This document shows positions 1 through 10,657 of a DNA stretch of 64,000 nucleotides, piece by piece; within the stretch, counting starts at the first letter, position 1; the number at the start of each line of letters is the position of its first letter. Position numbers and translations under genes: made by a program. The stretch is from the NCBI GenBank assembly GCA_017646335.1, contig JAGCMT010000062.1, positions 29,653 through 93,652 on the forward strand, read 5' to 3'. This DNA comes from Burkholderiaceae bacterium (GTDB lineage Bacteria > Pseudomonadota > Gammaproteobacteria > Burkholderiales > Burkholderiaceae_F). A model generated the notes under the pieces. It had not been told where the DNA came from and did no database searches. It worked only from the letters and a program-made list of their open reading frames with translations.

Positions 1-177
<177 letters not shown>

Positions 178-183
178 TTACCG

Positions 184-954
184 ATGTTACGCATTGTGAC
201 GTTCAATGCCAATGGAATTCGTTCGGCAGCCAAAAAAGGATTTTGGGAGTGGTTTGAACAACAACAGGCCGATATCTTATGCATTCAGGAACTAAAGGCC
301 CAAGAAGCGGATTTGGATGAAAAAGTTTTAAACGCTCAGGGATACCACGTTTTTATGCACTGTGCCCAAAAACGCGGTTACTCCGGCTGTGCCTTGTACA
401 GTAAAGTCAAACCTCTGTCGGTAAAAATAGGTTTCGGTAATGAAGAATTTGATGCGGAAGGTCGTTATGTAGAGGCGGAATTTGATCGTTTTGTGGTTAT
501 TTCCGTGTATTTCCCTTCAGGTTCGAGCTCTGAAGATCGACAAGAAGCCAAATTCCGTTTTTTAAAGGCATTTTTGCCGCATTTAAAAGTACTCCAATCC
601 AAGGGTAAAGAAATCCTCTTTTGTGGTGATGTCAACATTGCTCATAAAGAGATCGATCTTAAGAATTGGAAGGGGAATTTAAAAAATTCGGGTTTCTTAC
701 CCGAAGAGCGTCAATGGATGACGGATCTTTTTGATCATCACGGTTGGGTCGACGTATTTCGTCGTTTAGATTCTCGAGCCGATCAATATACTTGGTGGAG
801 CCAACGAGGCCAGGCGCGTGCAAAAAATGTTGGTTGGCGAATCGATTATCAAATTGCGACACCTCAATTTGCGGCAACGGCCGTTGCAACCTCTATTTAC
901 AATGGTGAAAAATTCTCCGATCATGCACCGTTGATTGTTGATTACGAGTGGTAA
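184..954 (+). CDS. xth: Exodeoxyribonuclease III (Xth/ExoA AP endonuclease)
   Basis: Motifs TFNANGIRS, LCIQELK, GDVNIAH, GWRIDY, SDHAPL. Confidence 0.95.
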   Translation: MLRIVTFNANGIRSAAKKGFWEWFEQQQADILCIQELKAQEADLDEKVLNAQGYHVFMHCAQKRGYSGCALYSKVKPLSVKIGFGNEEFDAEGRYVEAEFDRFVVISVYFPSGSSSEDRQEAKFRFLKAFLPHLKVLQSKGKEILFCGDVNIAHKEIDLKNWKGNLKNSGFLPEERQWMTDLFDHHGWVDVFRRLDSRADQYTWWSQRGQARAKNVGWRIDYQIATPQFAATAVATSIYNGEKFSDHAPLIVDYEW

Positions 955-956
955 AA

Positions 957-1646
957 ATGCGTTTAGAGCAAGTATTGTTTTCTCAAGGGTTCGGCACTCG
1001 TCATGAGTGTCGAGGCATGATTTTGCAATCCCGTGTATCCATTGACGGCAGTGTTTATCAAGATCCTGATGAAGACGTTTGTGTTGAGGGGTTGGTTTTT
1101 ACAGTTGATGGAAAGCCTTGGCCTTATTTTGAAAAGGCTATTGTCGCATTGCATAAACCGAGTGGATACGAGTGTTCCCAAAAACCGATTCATCATCCTT
1201 CGGTGATGACATTGCTACCGGCACCGCTTCGCGTACGTGGAATCCAACCGGTTGGTCGTTTGGATGAGGATACGACGGGTCTTTTGATTTTGACCGATGA
1301 CGGAGCTCTGCAACATCGTCTTATTCATCCTAAAAAGCACGTTGCCAAAGTTTATGAGGTGACCTGTCGTCATCCGATCACTGAAACGATGGTTGAAAAG
1401 TTATTGGCCGGTGTAATGTTGGATGGTGAGAAAAAGCCGGTGAAAGCCGACAGTATTGAAGTGAAGACTGAAAGCGTTTTGTGGATGACCATTACGCAAG
1501 GCAAGTACCATCAAGTCAAGCGCATGATTGCGGCTGTCAGTAACCGAGTCGATAAGTTGCATCGCATTGGTGTAGGTAAATATGCGTTACCCGATGATTT
1601 GCCGGTTGGTGAATGGCGCTTTATTAACGTTAGTGAATTAGTTTGA
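957..1646 (+). CDS. rsuA: RsuA-family rRNA pseudouridine synthase
   Basis: S4-like N-terminus, HKPSGY, catalytic GRLDEDTTGLL, GKYHQVKRM; ATG at 957 preferred over GTG at 948. Confidence 0.85.
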   Translation: MRLEQVLFSQGFGTRHECRGMILQSRVSIDGSVYQDPDEDVCVEGLVFTVDGKPWPYFEKAIVALHKPSGYECSQKPIHHPSVMTLLPAPLRVRGIQPVGRLDEDTTGLLILTDDGALQHRLIHPKKHVAKVYEVTCRHPITETMVEKLLAGVMLDGEKKPVKADSIEVKTESVLWMTITQGKYHQVKRMIAAVSNRVDKLHRIGVGKYALPDDLPVGEWRFINVSELV

Positions 1647-1648
1647 AA

Positions 1649-3031
1649 ATGACGGTGAAAACAACGGAAAGGACGTGGATGGAGTCGCTTCGAGTTTATT
1701 TGAAGCCGGCCGCTGTTCGCATGTTCTTTTTGGGATTTTCGTCCGGTCTGCCATTACTTCTTGTTTTAGGCACGCTGTCCTTTTGGTTGCGTGAGGCGGG
1801 AGTCGATTTAAAGACAATCGGCATTATGTCTTGGGTTGGTTTGACCTATGCCACGAAATGGCTTTGGGCTCCTTTGGTCGATCGTTTGCCGATTCCATTG
1901 TTGACGCGATGGTTGGGTAGGCGTCGAGCTTGGCTATTGATGAGCCAATTAGTGCTAGTTTTTAGCCTTTTGGCGATGGGTTTGACCGATCCTAAGGTCA
2001 ACCTTTCATCGATGGCTTGGTTAGCGCTTTTAACGGCGTTTGCCTCAGCAACGCAAGACATTACGTTGGATGCCTACCGAATTGAAAGTGCAGATGTTTC
2101 TGAACAGGCCGCACTGGCAGCGACCTATCAAACCGGTTATCGATTTGCCATGATTTGGGCGGGAGCCGGCGCATTGGCTTTGGCGGCTTTTGCCTCTGAT
2201 GTGGTCGGTTATGATCCTCAGTCGTGGTTCTTTGCTTATTCGGTTATGGCAATGAGCATGAGTGTCGGCATTGTCACTGTGTGGCTTTCGCCAGAACCTG
2301 CGAAGATCATTGAACGAAAACGCGCGGTAAGTACAAATACTCTCGAGCGATATCAATCGCGTTACCCCTCTTGGCCTCAGGGTTTAGTGAGTCTTTTGGC
2401 TTGGTTCTATGAGGCAGCTTGTTTGCCTTTTATCGATTTCTTCCAGCGATACCGTTGGCAAGCCCTCTTGTTATTAGCCCTGATTGCAACTTATCGCGTT
2501 TCGGACGTGGTGATGGGAGTGATGGCCAATCCTTTCTATCAGGATTTGGGCTTCACGAAGCAGGAGGTCGCTGCCGTTTCAAAAGTCTTCGGCGTGGTAA
2601 TGACTTTGACCGGCGCTTTTTTGGGTGGCTTTATCTCGATGAGAATCGGTGTGATGAAGACGCTCTTCTTGGGGGGCTTTTTATCGGCTTTGACCAATTT
2701 ATTATTTGCGTGGCTTGCAACGCAAGGTCATCATGTACCTTATTTGGTACTTACGGTGAGTGCTGATAATTTGGCGGCCGGGATTGCTTCGGTGGCATTC
2801 TTGGCGTATTTGTCCGGCCTAACCAATGTGGCTTACACGGCTACCCAATATGCGCTTTTTAGCTCGGTGATGCTGTTGCTTCCGAAGTTTTTGGCGGGAT
2901 TTTCTGGCTTTGTGGTCGAGTCAATCGGTTATTCGTCTTTCTTCATCGCGACCGCCTTGTTAGGGGTTCCCGTTTTATTGTTGGTTGGGGTCGCGATGAA
3001 GTATCAAGAGCATTCTCGGAGTGACGATTAA
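1649..3031 (+). CDS. ampG: AmpG-family muropeptide MFS permease
   Basis: LGFSSGLP, KWLWAPLVD, GRRRAW, SATQDITLDAYRIE, ATQYALFSS; multiple transmembrane segments. Confidence 0.92.
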   Translation: MTVKTTERTWMESLRVYLKPAAVRMFFLGFSSGLPLLLVLGTLSFWLREAGVDLKTIGIMSWVGLTYATKWLWAPLVDRLPIPLLTRWLGRRRAWLLMSQLVLVFSLLAMGLTDPKVNLSSMAWLALLTAFASATQDITLDAYRIESADVSEQAALAATYQTGYRFAMIWAGAGALALAAFASDVVGYDPQSWFFAYSVMAMSMSVGIVTVWLSPEPAKIIERKRAVSTNTLERYQSRYPSWPQGLVSLLAWFYEAACLPFIDFFQRYRWQALLLLALIATYRVSDVVMGVMANPFYQDLGFTKQEVAAVSKVFGVVMTLTGAFLGGFISMRIGVMKTLFLGGFLSALTNLLFAWLATQGHHVPYLVLTVSADNLAAGIASVAFLAYLSGLTNVAYTATQYALFSSVMLLLPKFLAGFSGFVVESIGYSSFFIATALLGVPVLLLVGVAMKYQEHSRSDD

Positions 3032-3717
3032 CGACGGTTATAAGGACCGCGACGCGTCTTCTTGAATTTCTTTTCTTTGGGCGCTTCTTTCTTTTTTTCT
3101 TCTTGGAAGCCTCGCGTAACAGCCGCAATTTCTTTAACGCTTTGGGCGATGTCAGCAATGGCATCGTCCAAATGTTCCAAAGGGGCTTCTCGTTGGAGCT
3201 CTTCGTACATTTCTTCCATATCGCCACGGGCTTCGGGCGGGAGATGGCGGAAAATTGCCAACATGGCACTCATCAAGTCGGATTCTTCCGTGTCCAACAA
3301 GCCGGGCCAAGTTTGAGCTGCATGCAAGAAACCTAAGGCAAACGGTTCCAATGCAATAATTTCTTCTTCGCCATCGAGCAGGTTACCCTCTTCATCCTCG
3401 ACGTCGAATGTGATTGGATCGATGTCTTGTAAGGTTGCCAATTGATGGTCGATTTGCTTATATCGGCGGTAGACCAATTCTTCGAGACGGTCTTGTGCTT
3501 GAGCGTCAGCAAATTCTCCGGGGATATCCGTTGCACTGAAAATCATTGGCATCCATTCGCTCGGAGAAACTTCTTGAGGTAAAAGCAAAATGCCGGTCAA
3601 AAAGCCGTCCATTTCGGCAGCATCCATCGCGCCGAGCGATTCATCAAGACTACAGAGCAATTCGTCGAGTTCGACAAATTCATCATCGGTAAGCGGTTGG
3701 GAGTAAATGTCAGCCAT
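3028..3717 (-). CDS. UPF0149/YecA-family protein (no SEC-C motif; basic tail)
   Basis: PLTDDEFVELDELL...MDGFLTGILL.P..VSPSEWMP N-terminal pattern. Confidence 0.75.
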   Translation of the reverse strand: MADIYSQPLTDDEFVELDELLCSLDESLGAMDAAEMDGFLTGILLLPQEVSPSEWMPMIFSATDIPGEFADAQAQDRLEELVYRRYKQIDHQLATLQDIDPITFDVEDEEGNLLDGEEEIIALEPFALGFLHAAQTWPGLLDTEESDLMSAMLAIFRHLPPEARGDMEEMYEELQREAPLEHLDDAIADIAQSVKEIAAVTRGFQEEKKKEAPKEKKFKKTRRGPYNRR

Positions 3718-3804
3718 GGTTTTTAATTCCTACTCAATCGACTCGTACATTATAGATGGGTTTGGTATTCTCTTTTCTGAAATGAATTTTTGGGAGATAG
3801 AAAA

Positions 3805-4143
3805 ATGAGTGTGATTCGTTTTTTCTCTGAAGCGGCCGGTGAAGTCATTATGCTTCGTTCGACAGTCGAGCCCGTTATGAAGCGAGCAGAGATTATCTTT
3901 CATAATGATGGGGCTTTTCTTGCGGAAGACCTCACCAGTTTTATTAAAAAAATCGAGGAAACAATCGATGAGTTGGTGCAAATGGAGCAGGCACCCAAAG
4001 AGACGGATGACGAACGAGAAGATGACGAGGCTAAACAAAAACGCAAGGATTTTGTTGCCTTGCGTATTCGTTTTTATCCCTTGTTAGAGCTTATGAACAA
4101 AGCAAACAAAAAGGGTAAGCATGTGCATTGGACGACTCTTTGA
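3805..4143 (+). CDS. DUF1840-like small protein
   Basis: IRFFSEAAGEVIM...VALRIRFYPLLELM...HVHW pattern; GGAGA ribosome-binding site before ATG 3805. Confidence 0.7.
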   Translation: MSVIRFFSEAAGEVIMLRSTVEPVMKRAEIIFHNDGAFLAEDLTSFIKKIEETIDELVQMEQAPKETDDEREDDEAKQKRKDFVALRIRFYPLLELMNKANKKGKHVHWTTL

Positions 4144-5616
4144 TTAGGTTCGCCAGAAGGAGCGAGAAAAGAGTACAAAAACCGTAAAGAGTTCCAAACG
4201 ACCGACAAACATACAGAATGCTCCGACCCACAAGTGCACAGGGTTGCACCATGCATAATTATTCATCGGTCCGACGTCGCCAAGACCCGGACCGATGTTG
4301 CCAATACAGGCCCAAACACTACTGAAGGCCGTCACAAAATCGACGCCCGAGGCCAGAATAATGAACGTACAGATCGAAACCACTAATAAGTGCAACGACA
4401 AGAACGAGAAAATGTTCAGAACCAACGAATCTGTAATGTTTTGATTGCCGACTCGTAAGGGCAAATAGGCACGAGGGCGAATCAGCTTCTCAAGCGTCAA
4501 AAAGCCGTGCTTAATCAAGATAAGCACGCGAATCAATTTCACACCGCCGCCGGTAGATCCGGAGCAGGATGCAAATAATCCGCAAAAAAGTAAAAGGGCA
4601 CCGATGACCGGAGGCCAAGAGGCAAAGTCAGCACTGACATAACCTGTCGTACTAAAGATCGAGACGACACTGAAAAGCGCATGTCGAAGCGTTGTCTCCC
4701 AGGTGAGGTATGTGCCATTAATCGCCAAAATCCCGTAAACAATGGCGGTACCGACAACAAGAATCATGATCCAAGCGCGAGCTTCCGAGTCTGTGAAGTA
4801 CGACAAAATGGAGCGTTGGCGCCAAGCCATGAAATGCAGGGAGAAATTAAAGCCGGAGAAGATGATGAACAAAACGGCTACCATTTCAATGGCAGACGAA
4901 TTGAAGTGCCCGATGCTCATGTCATAGGGCGAAATGCCCGATAAGCTCATGGTTGTGAACATGAACATGAAGGCTTCGTCCCAATTCATACCGGCCCAGT
5001 TATAACCGAGGACGCACAAAACAGAGAAGGCGACGTAGATGGAATACAGAGCCTTGGCGGTGTCGGCAATGCGCGGAGTTAATTTGGAATCCTTAAACAG
5101 GTTGGTATTTTCTGCCTTAAAGACCTGAGAGCCCCCGACACCCAACAACGGCAAAATAGCAACAGCCAAAACAAGGATACCCATACCGCCCAACCAAGAC
5201 AGCAAGCATCGCCAGTAATTAATGGAAATCGGAAGTTCGTTGAGGTTGTTAAGAGCCGTTGCTCCAGTTGTCGTTAAACACGAAACAGCCTCGAAAAAGA
5301 GGTTGTTGTACGAAATGTTCGGCAAGAGCAAATAAAACGGAATGGAGCTAAAAAAAGCAACGGCAAGCCAAGATAATGTGACTAACAAAAAGCCGTCTCG
5401 CGCTTCCAATTCACGTTTTTTACGGCGAGTAAGGAAAAAGAGGGTAAGACCGGCGCCAGCAGTAATCGCAATTGACGTTGCAAAGCCCAAGATCGTTGCT
5501 TCGTTATCACGATAGGCGATCCCAAGCGGAACAATCATGGTCAAGGAAAGCATGACCAATAATGCTCCGAGTGCATTGAGGACCGGCAAAAGTAAATGAC
5601 GAAGCGTGCGGAACAT
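4144..5616 (-). CDS. trkH: Trk K+ uptake membrane subunit
   Basis: FFEAVSCLTTTGAT, WLGGMGI, STTG, GSTGGG, GNIGPG, GRLE motifs. Confidence 0.95.
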   Translation of the reverse strand: MFRTLRHLLLPVLNALGALLVMLSLTMIVPLGIAYRDNEATILGFATSIAITAGAGLTLFFLTRRKKRELEARDGFLLVTLSWLAVAFFSSIPFYLLLPNISYNNLFFEAVSCLTTTGATALNNLNELPISINYWRCLLSWLGGMGILVLAVAILPLLGVGGSQVFKAENTNLFKDSKLTPRIADTAKALYSIYVAFSVLCVLGYNWAGMNWDEAFMFMFTTMSLSGISPYDMSIGHFNSSAIEMVAVLFIIFSGFNFSLHFMAWRQRSILSYFTDSEARAWIMILVVGTAIVYGILAINGTYLTWETTLRHALFSVVSIFSTTGYVSADFASWPPVIGALLLFCGLFASCSGSTGGGVKLIRVLILIKHGFLTLEKLIRPRAYLPLRVGNQNITDSLVLNIFSFLSLHLLVVSICTFIILASGVDFVTAFSSVWACIGNIGPGLGDVGPMNNYAWCNPVHLWVGAFCMFVGRLELFTVFVLFSRSFWRT

Positions 5617-5628
5617 ACGGACCTACGT

Positions 5629-7026
5629 TTAGAAGAAGCCGACGTCGACGGCAAACAATTGTTCAATACGCGGAATGATCTTCTTGTTCGGGATGAAGAG
5701 GATCAAATGGTCTTCAGCCATCACCAAAAGATCGGGTTCGGCCATCAAGACCATGGCATCCAAGCCTTCACCACGAACAATGGCGCCGACGGAGACACCT
5801 TGCGGGAAGTCAATTTCACGCAAAGTACGACCGACAATCTTGGAGCTCTTGCGAGAGCCGTGAGCGACGATTTCCAATGCCTCGGCACTACCGCGGTAAA
5901 GCTCTTGAGCATTAACCACGTCACCGTAACGAATATGGCGAAGCAATTCACCCAAAGAGGCTTGAGTCGGAGAAACAGTCACGTCAATATCCGTGCCCTG
6001 AACCAGATTGGAATAGACTTGCTTTTCCAACAAAACAATTGCTCGCTTGGCCCCTAATCGTTTGGCCAAAAGTGCACTCATGATGTTGGTTTCGTCATTC
6101 TTGGACAATGCCAACACAACGTCAGCTTGACCGGCACCTTCTTGTGCCATGGCTACGTTGTCGTTGTTGCGAACTTGGGAAACGGATACGCGGTTGCTAT
6201 TGAAGCGCTTGGAGAGCTCGTTTGCAATTTCTTCGCGATATTCAAAAATCTTGATTCGACGGTTATAGCGTTGCGGCTCCAGAGCCGTTGCAACCAAGGC
6301 GGAAAGATTGCCGCCATTGAGCAAAACAATCGTTTCTGCTTTCTCATTCGGTCGTAGCGTTTGGATGACGTCATCTGCATCTTTAGAGGCAGTCAAGACG
6401 GTTACTTCATCACCGGCTTCAATGACCGTGTCGGATCGACAGTCAAGTCGGTGATTGCGACGATAGACCGATACGAATCGAACTTGTGCGTCGGGCAATT
6501 GAATGAAAATTTCGCGAAGCGAACGGCCGACCATCGATGCACCGGCAGAGGCACGAACGGTAAAGAGCGTCAAAAGACCTTCGGCGAAGCTCAATACCTG
6601 TTGAGCGGCCGGGAACATGATCAATTTGGCTAAGTGGTTGGCCACGGCTTGTTCTGGCCAAATAATACTCGTTGCACGGAAGCCTTCTTCACCCAAAATA
6701 CGAGGATAGTGACGCAATTCGCTATTGCGAACGCGTGCGATACGCATCGGGATGTTGAACAGTTGGGAGGCGAGAGTACAGGCAACAAGATTGGTTTCGT
6801 CGCTCGCGGTCACGGCGATTAAGAGGTCGGCGTCCATGGCGCCGGCGCTACTTAAAACGGAGGGCGAGCTGGCATTGCCCACCAAGCCCATCAAGTCGAA
6901 GCGGTCTTGAAGCGTGCGAATGCGCTCGGGATCGTTGTCAATCACCGAGATTTCGTTAGCGTCGCTAACCAAGTTTTCTGCCACAGAGCGACCGACGCGG
7001 CCGGCTCCCAAAATGAGAATCTTCAT
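5629..7026 (-). CDS. trkA: Trk K+ uptake regulatory subunit (tandem RCK domains)
   Basis: MKILILGAGRVG, AVTASDETNLVAC, DETNIMSALLAKRLGA; C-terminal VGFF; adjacent to trkH. Confidence 0.93.
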   Translation of the reverse strand: MKILILGAGRVGRSVAENLVSDANEISVIDNDPERIRTLQDRFDLMGLVGNASSPSVLSSAGAMDADLLIAVTASDETNLVACTLASQLFNIPMRIARVRNSELRHYPRILGEEGFRATSIIWPEQAVANHLAKLIMFPAAQQVLSFAEGLLTLFTVRASAGASMVGRSLREIFIQLPDAQVRFVSVYRRNHRLDCRSDTVIEAGDEVTVLTASKDADDVIQTLRPNEKAETIVLLNGGNLSALVATALEPQRYNRRIKIFEYREEIANELSKRFNSNRVSVSQVRNNDNVAMAQEGAGQADVVLALSKNDETNIMSALLAKRLGAKRAIVLLEKQVYSNLVQGTDIDVTVSPTQASLGELLRHIRYGDVVNAQELYRGSAEALEIVAHGSRKSSKIVGRTLREIDFPQGVSVGAIVRGEGLDAMVLMAEPDLLVMAEDHLILFIPNKKIIPRIEQLFAVDVGFF

Positions 7027-7098
7027 AACGAATAAAAAGCCTGGAAGTTCGAAAAAAATCGAACGATCAACGACATGTCGTTAGAAAGGATAACACGG

Positions 7099-7740
7099 TT
7101 AATCTTCTTTGGACCACTCAATACCCAATTGTCGGAGCTTGCGATACAAATGAGTACGTTCTAACTGTGCACGGCTGGCAATTCGCGTCATGCTGTGGTT
7201 TTCTTTTTCCAAGAGATACGTGAAATAGGCACGTTCAAACTGATCGCGAGCTTCACGAAGCGGGAGCGTGAAATCAATTTGTTGGCGCAAGGATTCTTGC
7301 AACTTTTCATCTTGCTCTTGCAAGGTTTCCTTGTGTTCCGTTGTTTTCTTTTGGGGGCTGTAAATGGTTTTTTGTTGGCCTGCGTGCAAGGCATTATGAA
7401 CCGTTTCAATCAAGTCACGCATGGACGTCGGCTTTTCGAGGAAGGTGAAAGCGCCGAATTTGGTGGCTTCAACAGCCATGTCAATGTTGGCATGACCCGA
7501 CATCATAATGATCGGGCAGGGAAGCTCGCCTTGAGAGGCCCATTCTTTGAGCAATGTCATGCCGTCGGTATCCGGCATCCAAATATCCAAAAGGATGACG
7601 TCGAAGTTCATCATTTGACGAGCACGACGAGCTTCGGCACTGTTGGCAGCGACCGTTACGGTATAGCCTTCGTCAGAAAGGATTTCGCTGAATAATTCGC
7701 GAATGCCGATTTCGTCATCGATAACAAGAATATTGGGCAT
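7099..7740 (-). CDS. ntrX: Response regulator, REC + Fis-type HTH, no AAA+ domain (betaproteobacterial NtrX/PlrR-like)
   Basis: VIDDE, LLDIWMPDTDG, MMSGH, FLEKP; C-terminal LERTHLYRKLRQLG. Confidence 0.8.
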   Translation of the reverse strand: MPNILVIDDEIGIRELFSEILSDEGYTVTVAANSAEARRARQMMNFDVILLDIWMPDTDGMTLLKEWASQGELPCPIIMMSGHANIDMAVEATKFGAFTFLEKPTSMRDLIETVHNALHAGQQKTIYSPQKKTTEHKETLQEQDEKLQESLRQQIDFTLPLREARDQFERAYFTYLLEKENHSMTRIASRAQLERTHLYRKLRQLGIEWSKED

Positions 7741-7891
7741 GAAAACTCAAAGAAAACAGATATGAACTAACCGATGAGTGCTTCGACTTCGTTTTTGAAC
7801 GAATCGAAAAAACTCATACAGAAAATAGACGAGTGATTATAGCGAAGTCAAGAAACGACACGCTATCAAAATCTCTGAATTTCCTTGGGAT

Positions 7892-10057
7892 TTACGAGAG
7901 TTTGGTAAAGGTAATGGTGACGATTGCACCGGCAGATTCTTCCAAATCCAAGAAACTTTCTTGATTTGCCAATTCAACACGGCCGCCGTGTTCATCGATG
8001 ATCTTTTTAACCATTGGCAAGCCAAGGCCCGTCCCCGTTTCTTTAGTGGTGATGTAAGGCTCGAATGCATTTTCAAGAATCTTGGCAGGGAAGCCGACGC
8101 CATTGTCTTTGATCGTAAGACGAATATGGGTTTCGTGATGTTCGATAATGCTTTCGGTGCTAATGCTCACGCAGCAGTCTCGATCGGGAAGCTTGGCTTC
8201 TCGAGCGTTGGACAAAATATTGTGAATGACTTGCAAAAGTTGTGCGCGGTCAGCCTCAATCAAAGGCAAATTCGGGCACAAGTCTAACGTGATGCGATAG
8301 TCGTTTTGACGGTAAAGCAACGTAGCTTCATCCAATAACGCATTTAAGTCCAAAGGTTTTAGACGCGGTTTCGGAAGTTTTGCATAGTCTCGGAAATCAT
8401 TGACCATTTGCTTCATCGCGGCGACTTGTTCGACGATGGTGTGCGTGTAACGATGCAATAGATGACGATCGTCCTCCGGAAGGTGCTTTTCAAGCTTCAT
8501 TTCCATACGTTCGGCAGCCAATTGAATCGGTGTGAGCGGGTTTTTGATTTCATGAGCCAAGCGGCGCGCCACTTCACCCCAAGCAATAACTCGTTGGGCT
8601 GCAACGGCCTGCGTCATATCGTCAATCACAACCAAGTAGCCGGGGCCGTCATCGAGAGGCACGGACGAGCAACGAACCATCAACGTGAGCGGGTCTTTTT
8701 TACCACTGACCGTCAATGTGACGTCTTCTTGGTTGACTGTGTGCGAATTGCTCGAAAGCATGGGCAAAATAATGTCGGCCAATTCCGCATACGCTTCGCG
8801 AATGCTCACGCCATATTGCAAGACGTTGTTGCCCAAAATTTTGACTGCGCCGAAGTTGGCGGTACGAATGCGCGTTTCGCAATCGAGAACAATCACCCCG
8901 CTGGAAAGATTTTCCAGAATGCGTTCCAAAAAGCTTTTGGATTGTTCAAGGCGTTGTTGTCGGGATTCCAATTTACTCCAAGCCTCATTGACCTCATGGA
9001 TCATGACATTGAAGGCCGTGGTGAGTTCATTGATTTCATCGGCACCGGTGAATTCTTTAATCGGTTGAAGATTCCCGCTGGTTGCTTTACGCGTACCTTC
9101 GGCCAATTGACGAATCGGTGCCGTGATACGACTGGCGTAAGTAAATGCTGCCAAAATGGCGCAAAGGCCAGCCAAGGTCAAGGTTAAAACCAGCGACCAG
9201 TTATAAAGGGTTTGTAAACCACCGCGAACAACGATGATTTGTTGGTAGTCTCGCAAACCTCGAATGGTGGCATTGATGTCGTCGGCAATGTGTTTGGGAA
9301 CGTCTTGCACGACCTGCAAAATCATGGCTTGTTGCGTGGGGATATTGGTGAGCGCCGTTAATGTACGAATTCGCAAAGAATTGCTCATCATGTCGGCTTC
9401 CAAAGGATCGCCTTCCAAGGCGCTCCAGTGGCCTCGCTGTTGGGTTTGCAATAACTCCTGAATATTAGGAAGCGTTCCGGACAAATGGTTTTCATCCCAT
9501 GCCGGGCTGGTGGCTACAACTTGACCGCTAATATCGATCAAACGGAGCTCTTGTAACCCCGTGAGATTTCGGAGGCGATTAAGCTCGGAGTTAAGTTGTG
9601 CAAACGAGGTTTCACTTAAACGATCGGCAACCATTTTGGCCGTGGCCGATTGTTCTTTTTCCAAACGTTCAAGAACGGTGCGAGAAACGGCCACACCCGA
9701 GTCCAGTGCCGTTTCAACGCGACTGTCAACGCCCGAGTCGAAAGCCTGAGAAATAAGATGGGTAGAGGTGGCATAAATCAACACGCAAGGAATCAATGTC
9801 ACCGAAGAAATGATGAGCACCAAGCGTGTCAACATTCGGGAACCGAATTGGCGTTGACGAAGTCGCTTGCGTAAACGGGAGATAAAAGAGACAACAAGGA
9901 TCAGCAAAACGACCACAACAAAGGCGTTTGCTAGCAACAACAACGGGTAGTAAGGGGCGAGTTCGCTTGAGTTAGTACCGGCGGAAGTCAAAAGGAATAA
10001 CAAAATGACAACAAGTGCCAAACCAACCGAGCCGCCATACCGCATGGAGTGTCTCAT
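7892..10057 (-). CDS. ntrY: NtrY/PlrS-like sensor histidine kinase (HAMP-PAS-HisKA-HATPase)
   Basis: AWGEVARRLAHEIKNPLTPIQL H-box, DNGVG, FEPYITTK, GTGLGL. Confidence 0.88.
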   Translation of the reverse strand: MRHSMRYGGSVGLALVVILLFLLTSAGTNSSELAPYYPLLLLANAFVVVVLLILVVSFISRLRKRLRQRQFGSRMLTRLVLIISSVTLIPCVLIYATSTHLISQAFDSGVDSRVETALDSGVAVSRTVLERLEKEQSATAKMVADRLSETSFAQLNSELNRLRNLTGLQELRLIDISGQVVATSPAWDENHLSGTLPNIQELLQTQQRGHWSALEGDPLEADMMSNSLRIRTLTALTNIPTQQAMILQVVQDVPKHIADDINATIRGLRDYQQIIVVRGGLQTLYNWSLVLTLTLAGLCAILAAFTYASRITAPIRQLAEGTRKATSGNLQPIKEFTGADEINELTTAFNVMIHEVNEAWSKLESRQQRLEQSKSFLERILENLSSGVIVLDCETRIRTANFGAVKILGNNVLQYGVSIREAYAELADIILPMLSSNSHTVNQEDVTLTVSGKKDPLTLMVRCSSVPLDDGPGYLVVIDDMTQAVAAQRVIAWGEVARRLAHEIKNPLTPIQLAAERMEMKLEKHLPEDDRHLLHRYTHTIVEQVAAMKQMVNDFRDYAKLPKPRLKPLDLNALLDEATLLYRQNDYRITLDLCPNLPLIEADRAQLLQVIHNILSNAREAKLPDRDCCVSISTESIIEHHETHIRLTIKDNGVGFPAKILENAFEPYITTKETGTGLGLPMVKKIIDEHGGRVELANQESFLDLEESAGAIVTITFTKLS

Positions 10058-10063
10058 GGTTCG

Positions 10064-10657
10064 TTATTCCTTCGGCGTGATTACGCGATGATCCAAAACG
10101 AGCGTTTGCCAATCGGAAGTTAAATTCCAATCATTGTTGCCGATATTGACTTGCATCGGCAAGGGAAGTTGCTGAGTATCCAAACGGAAACGAACCTCAG
10201 CTTCATATTCTTCCGGCTCGGACAGTGAGTGTTTATCGCTGACTCGCCAATCGCTGATGACTTTAACAACGTCGAGCGCATCTTTGAGAGTGTCAAAGGA
10301 TTGAGATAATCCCCCGCGAGAAACGCGGTATTGACGCGTCAAGGGACTGTAAGACAAGCGAGAAACCAACGAAGTTTCATTTTGCGTCTTGTCGAGCCAA
10401 TACCAGCGATGACGCTCAAGCGTAAAGTCCGTTACGAAGTACAAGGCGATGCCTCGCATCAAGGCGTCTTCGACGGTGCGCGGCAAATCAAAGTCGACAG
10501 TCACCGAAAGATAAAGTCCCGGCTTGTCACCGCCCTTGGCGCTAGTCAATGAGGATTGCATAATGCCGACTTCTTGAGCCCACGCAGACGCACAAAGCCC
10601 CATTCCCAAGAGGAATGTGGCAAGCGTGCGTAAGAGGCGAGCTCGCAGAGTCATCAT
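10064..10657 (-). CDS. DUF4390 exported protein
   Basis: Signal peptide (SAWA), GIALYF, RWYWLD, LSYSPLTRQYR, LPLPMQV; conserved position between rsmB and ntrY. Confidence 0.85.
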   Translation of the reverse strand: MMTLRARLLRTLATFLLGMGLCASAWAQEVGIMQSSLTSAKGGDKPGLYLSVTVDFDLPRTVEDALMRGIALYFVTDFTLERHRWYWLDKTQNETSLVSRLSYSPLTRQYRVSRGGLSQSFDTLKDALDVVKVISDWRVSDKHSLSEPEEYEAEVRFRLDTQQLPLPMQVNIGNNDWNLTSDWQTLVLDHRVITPKE

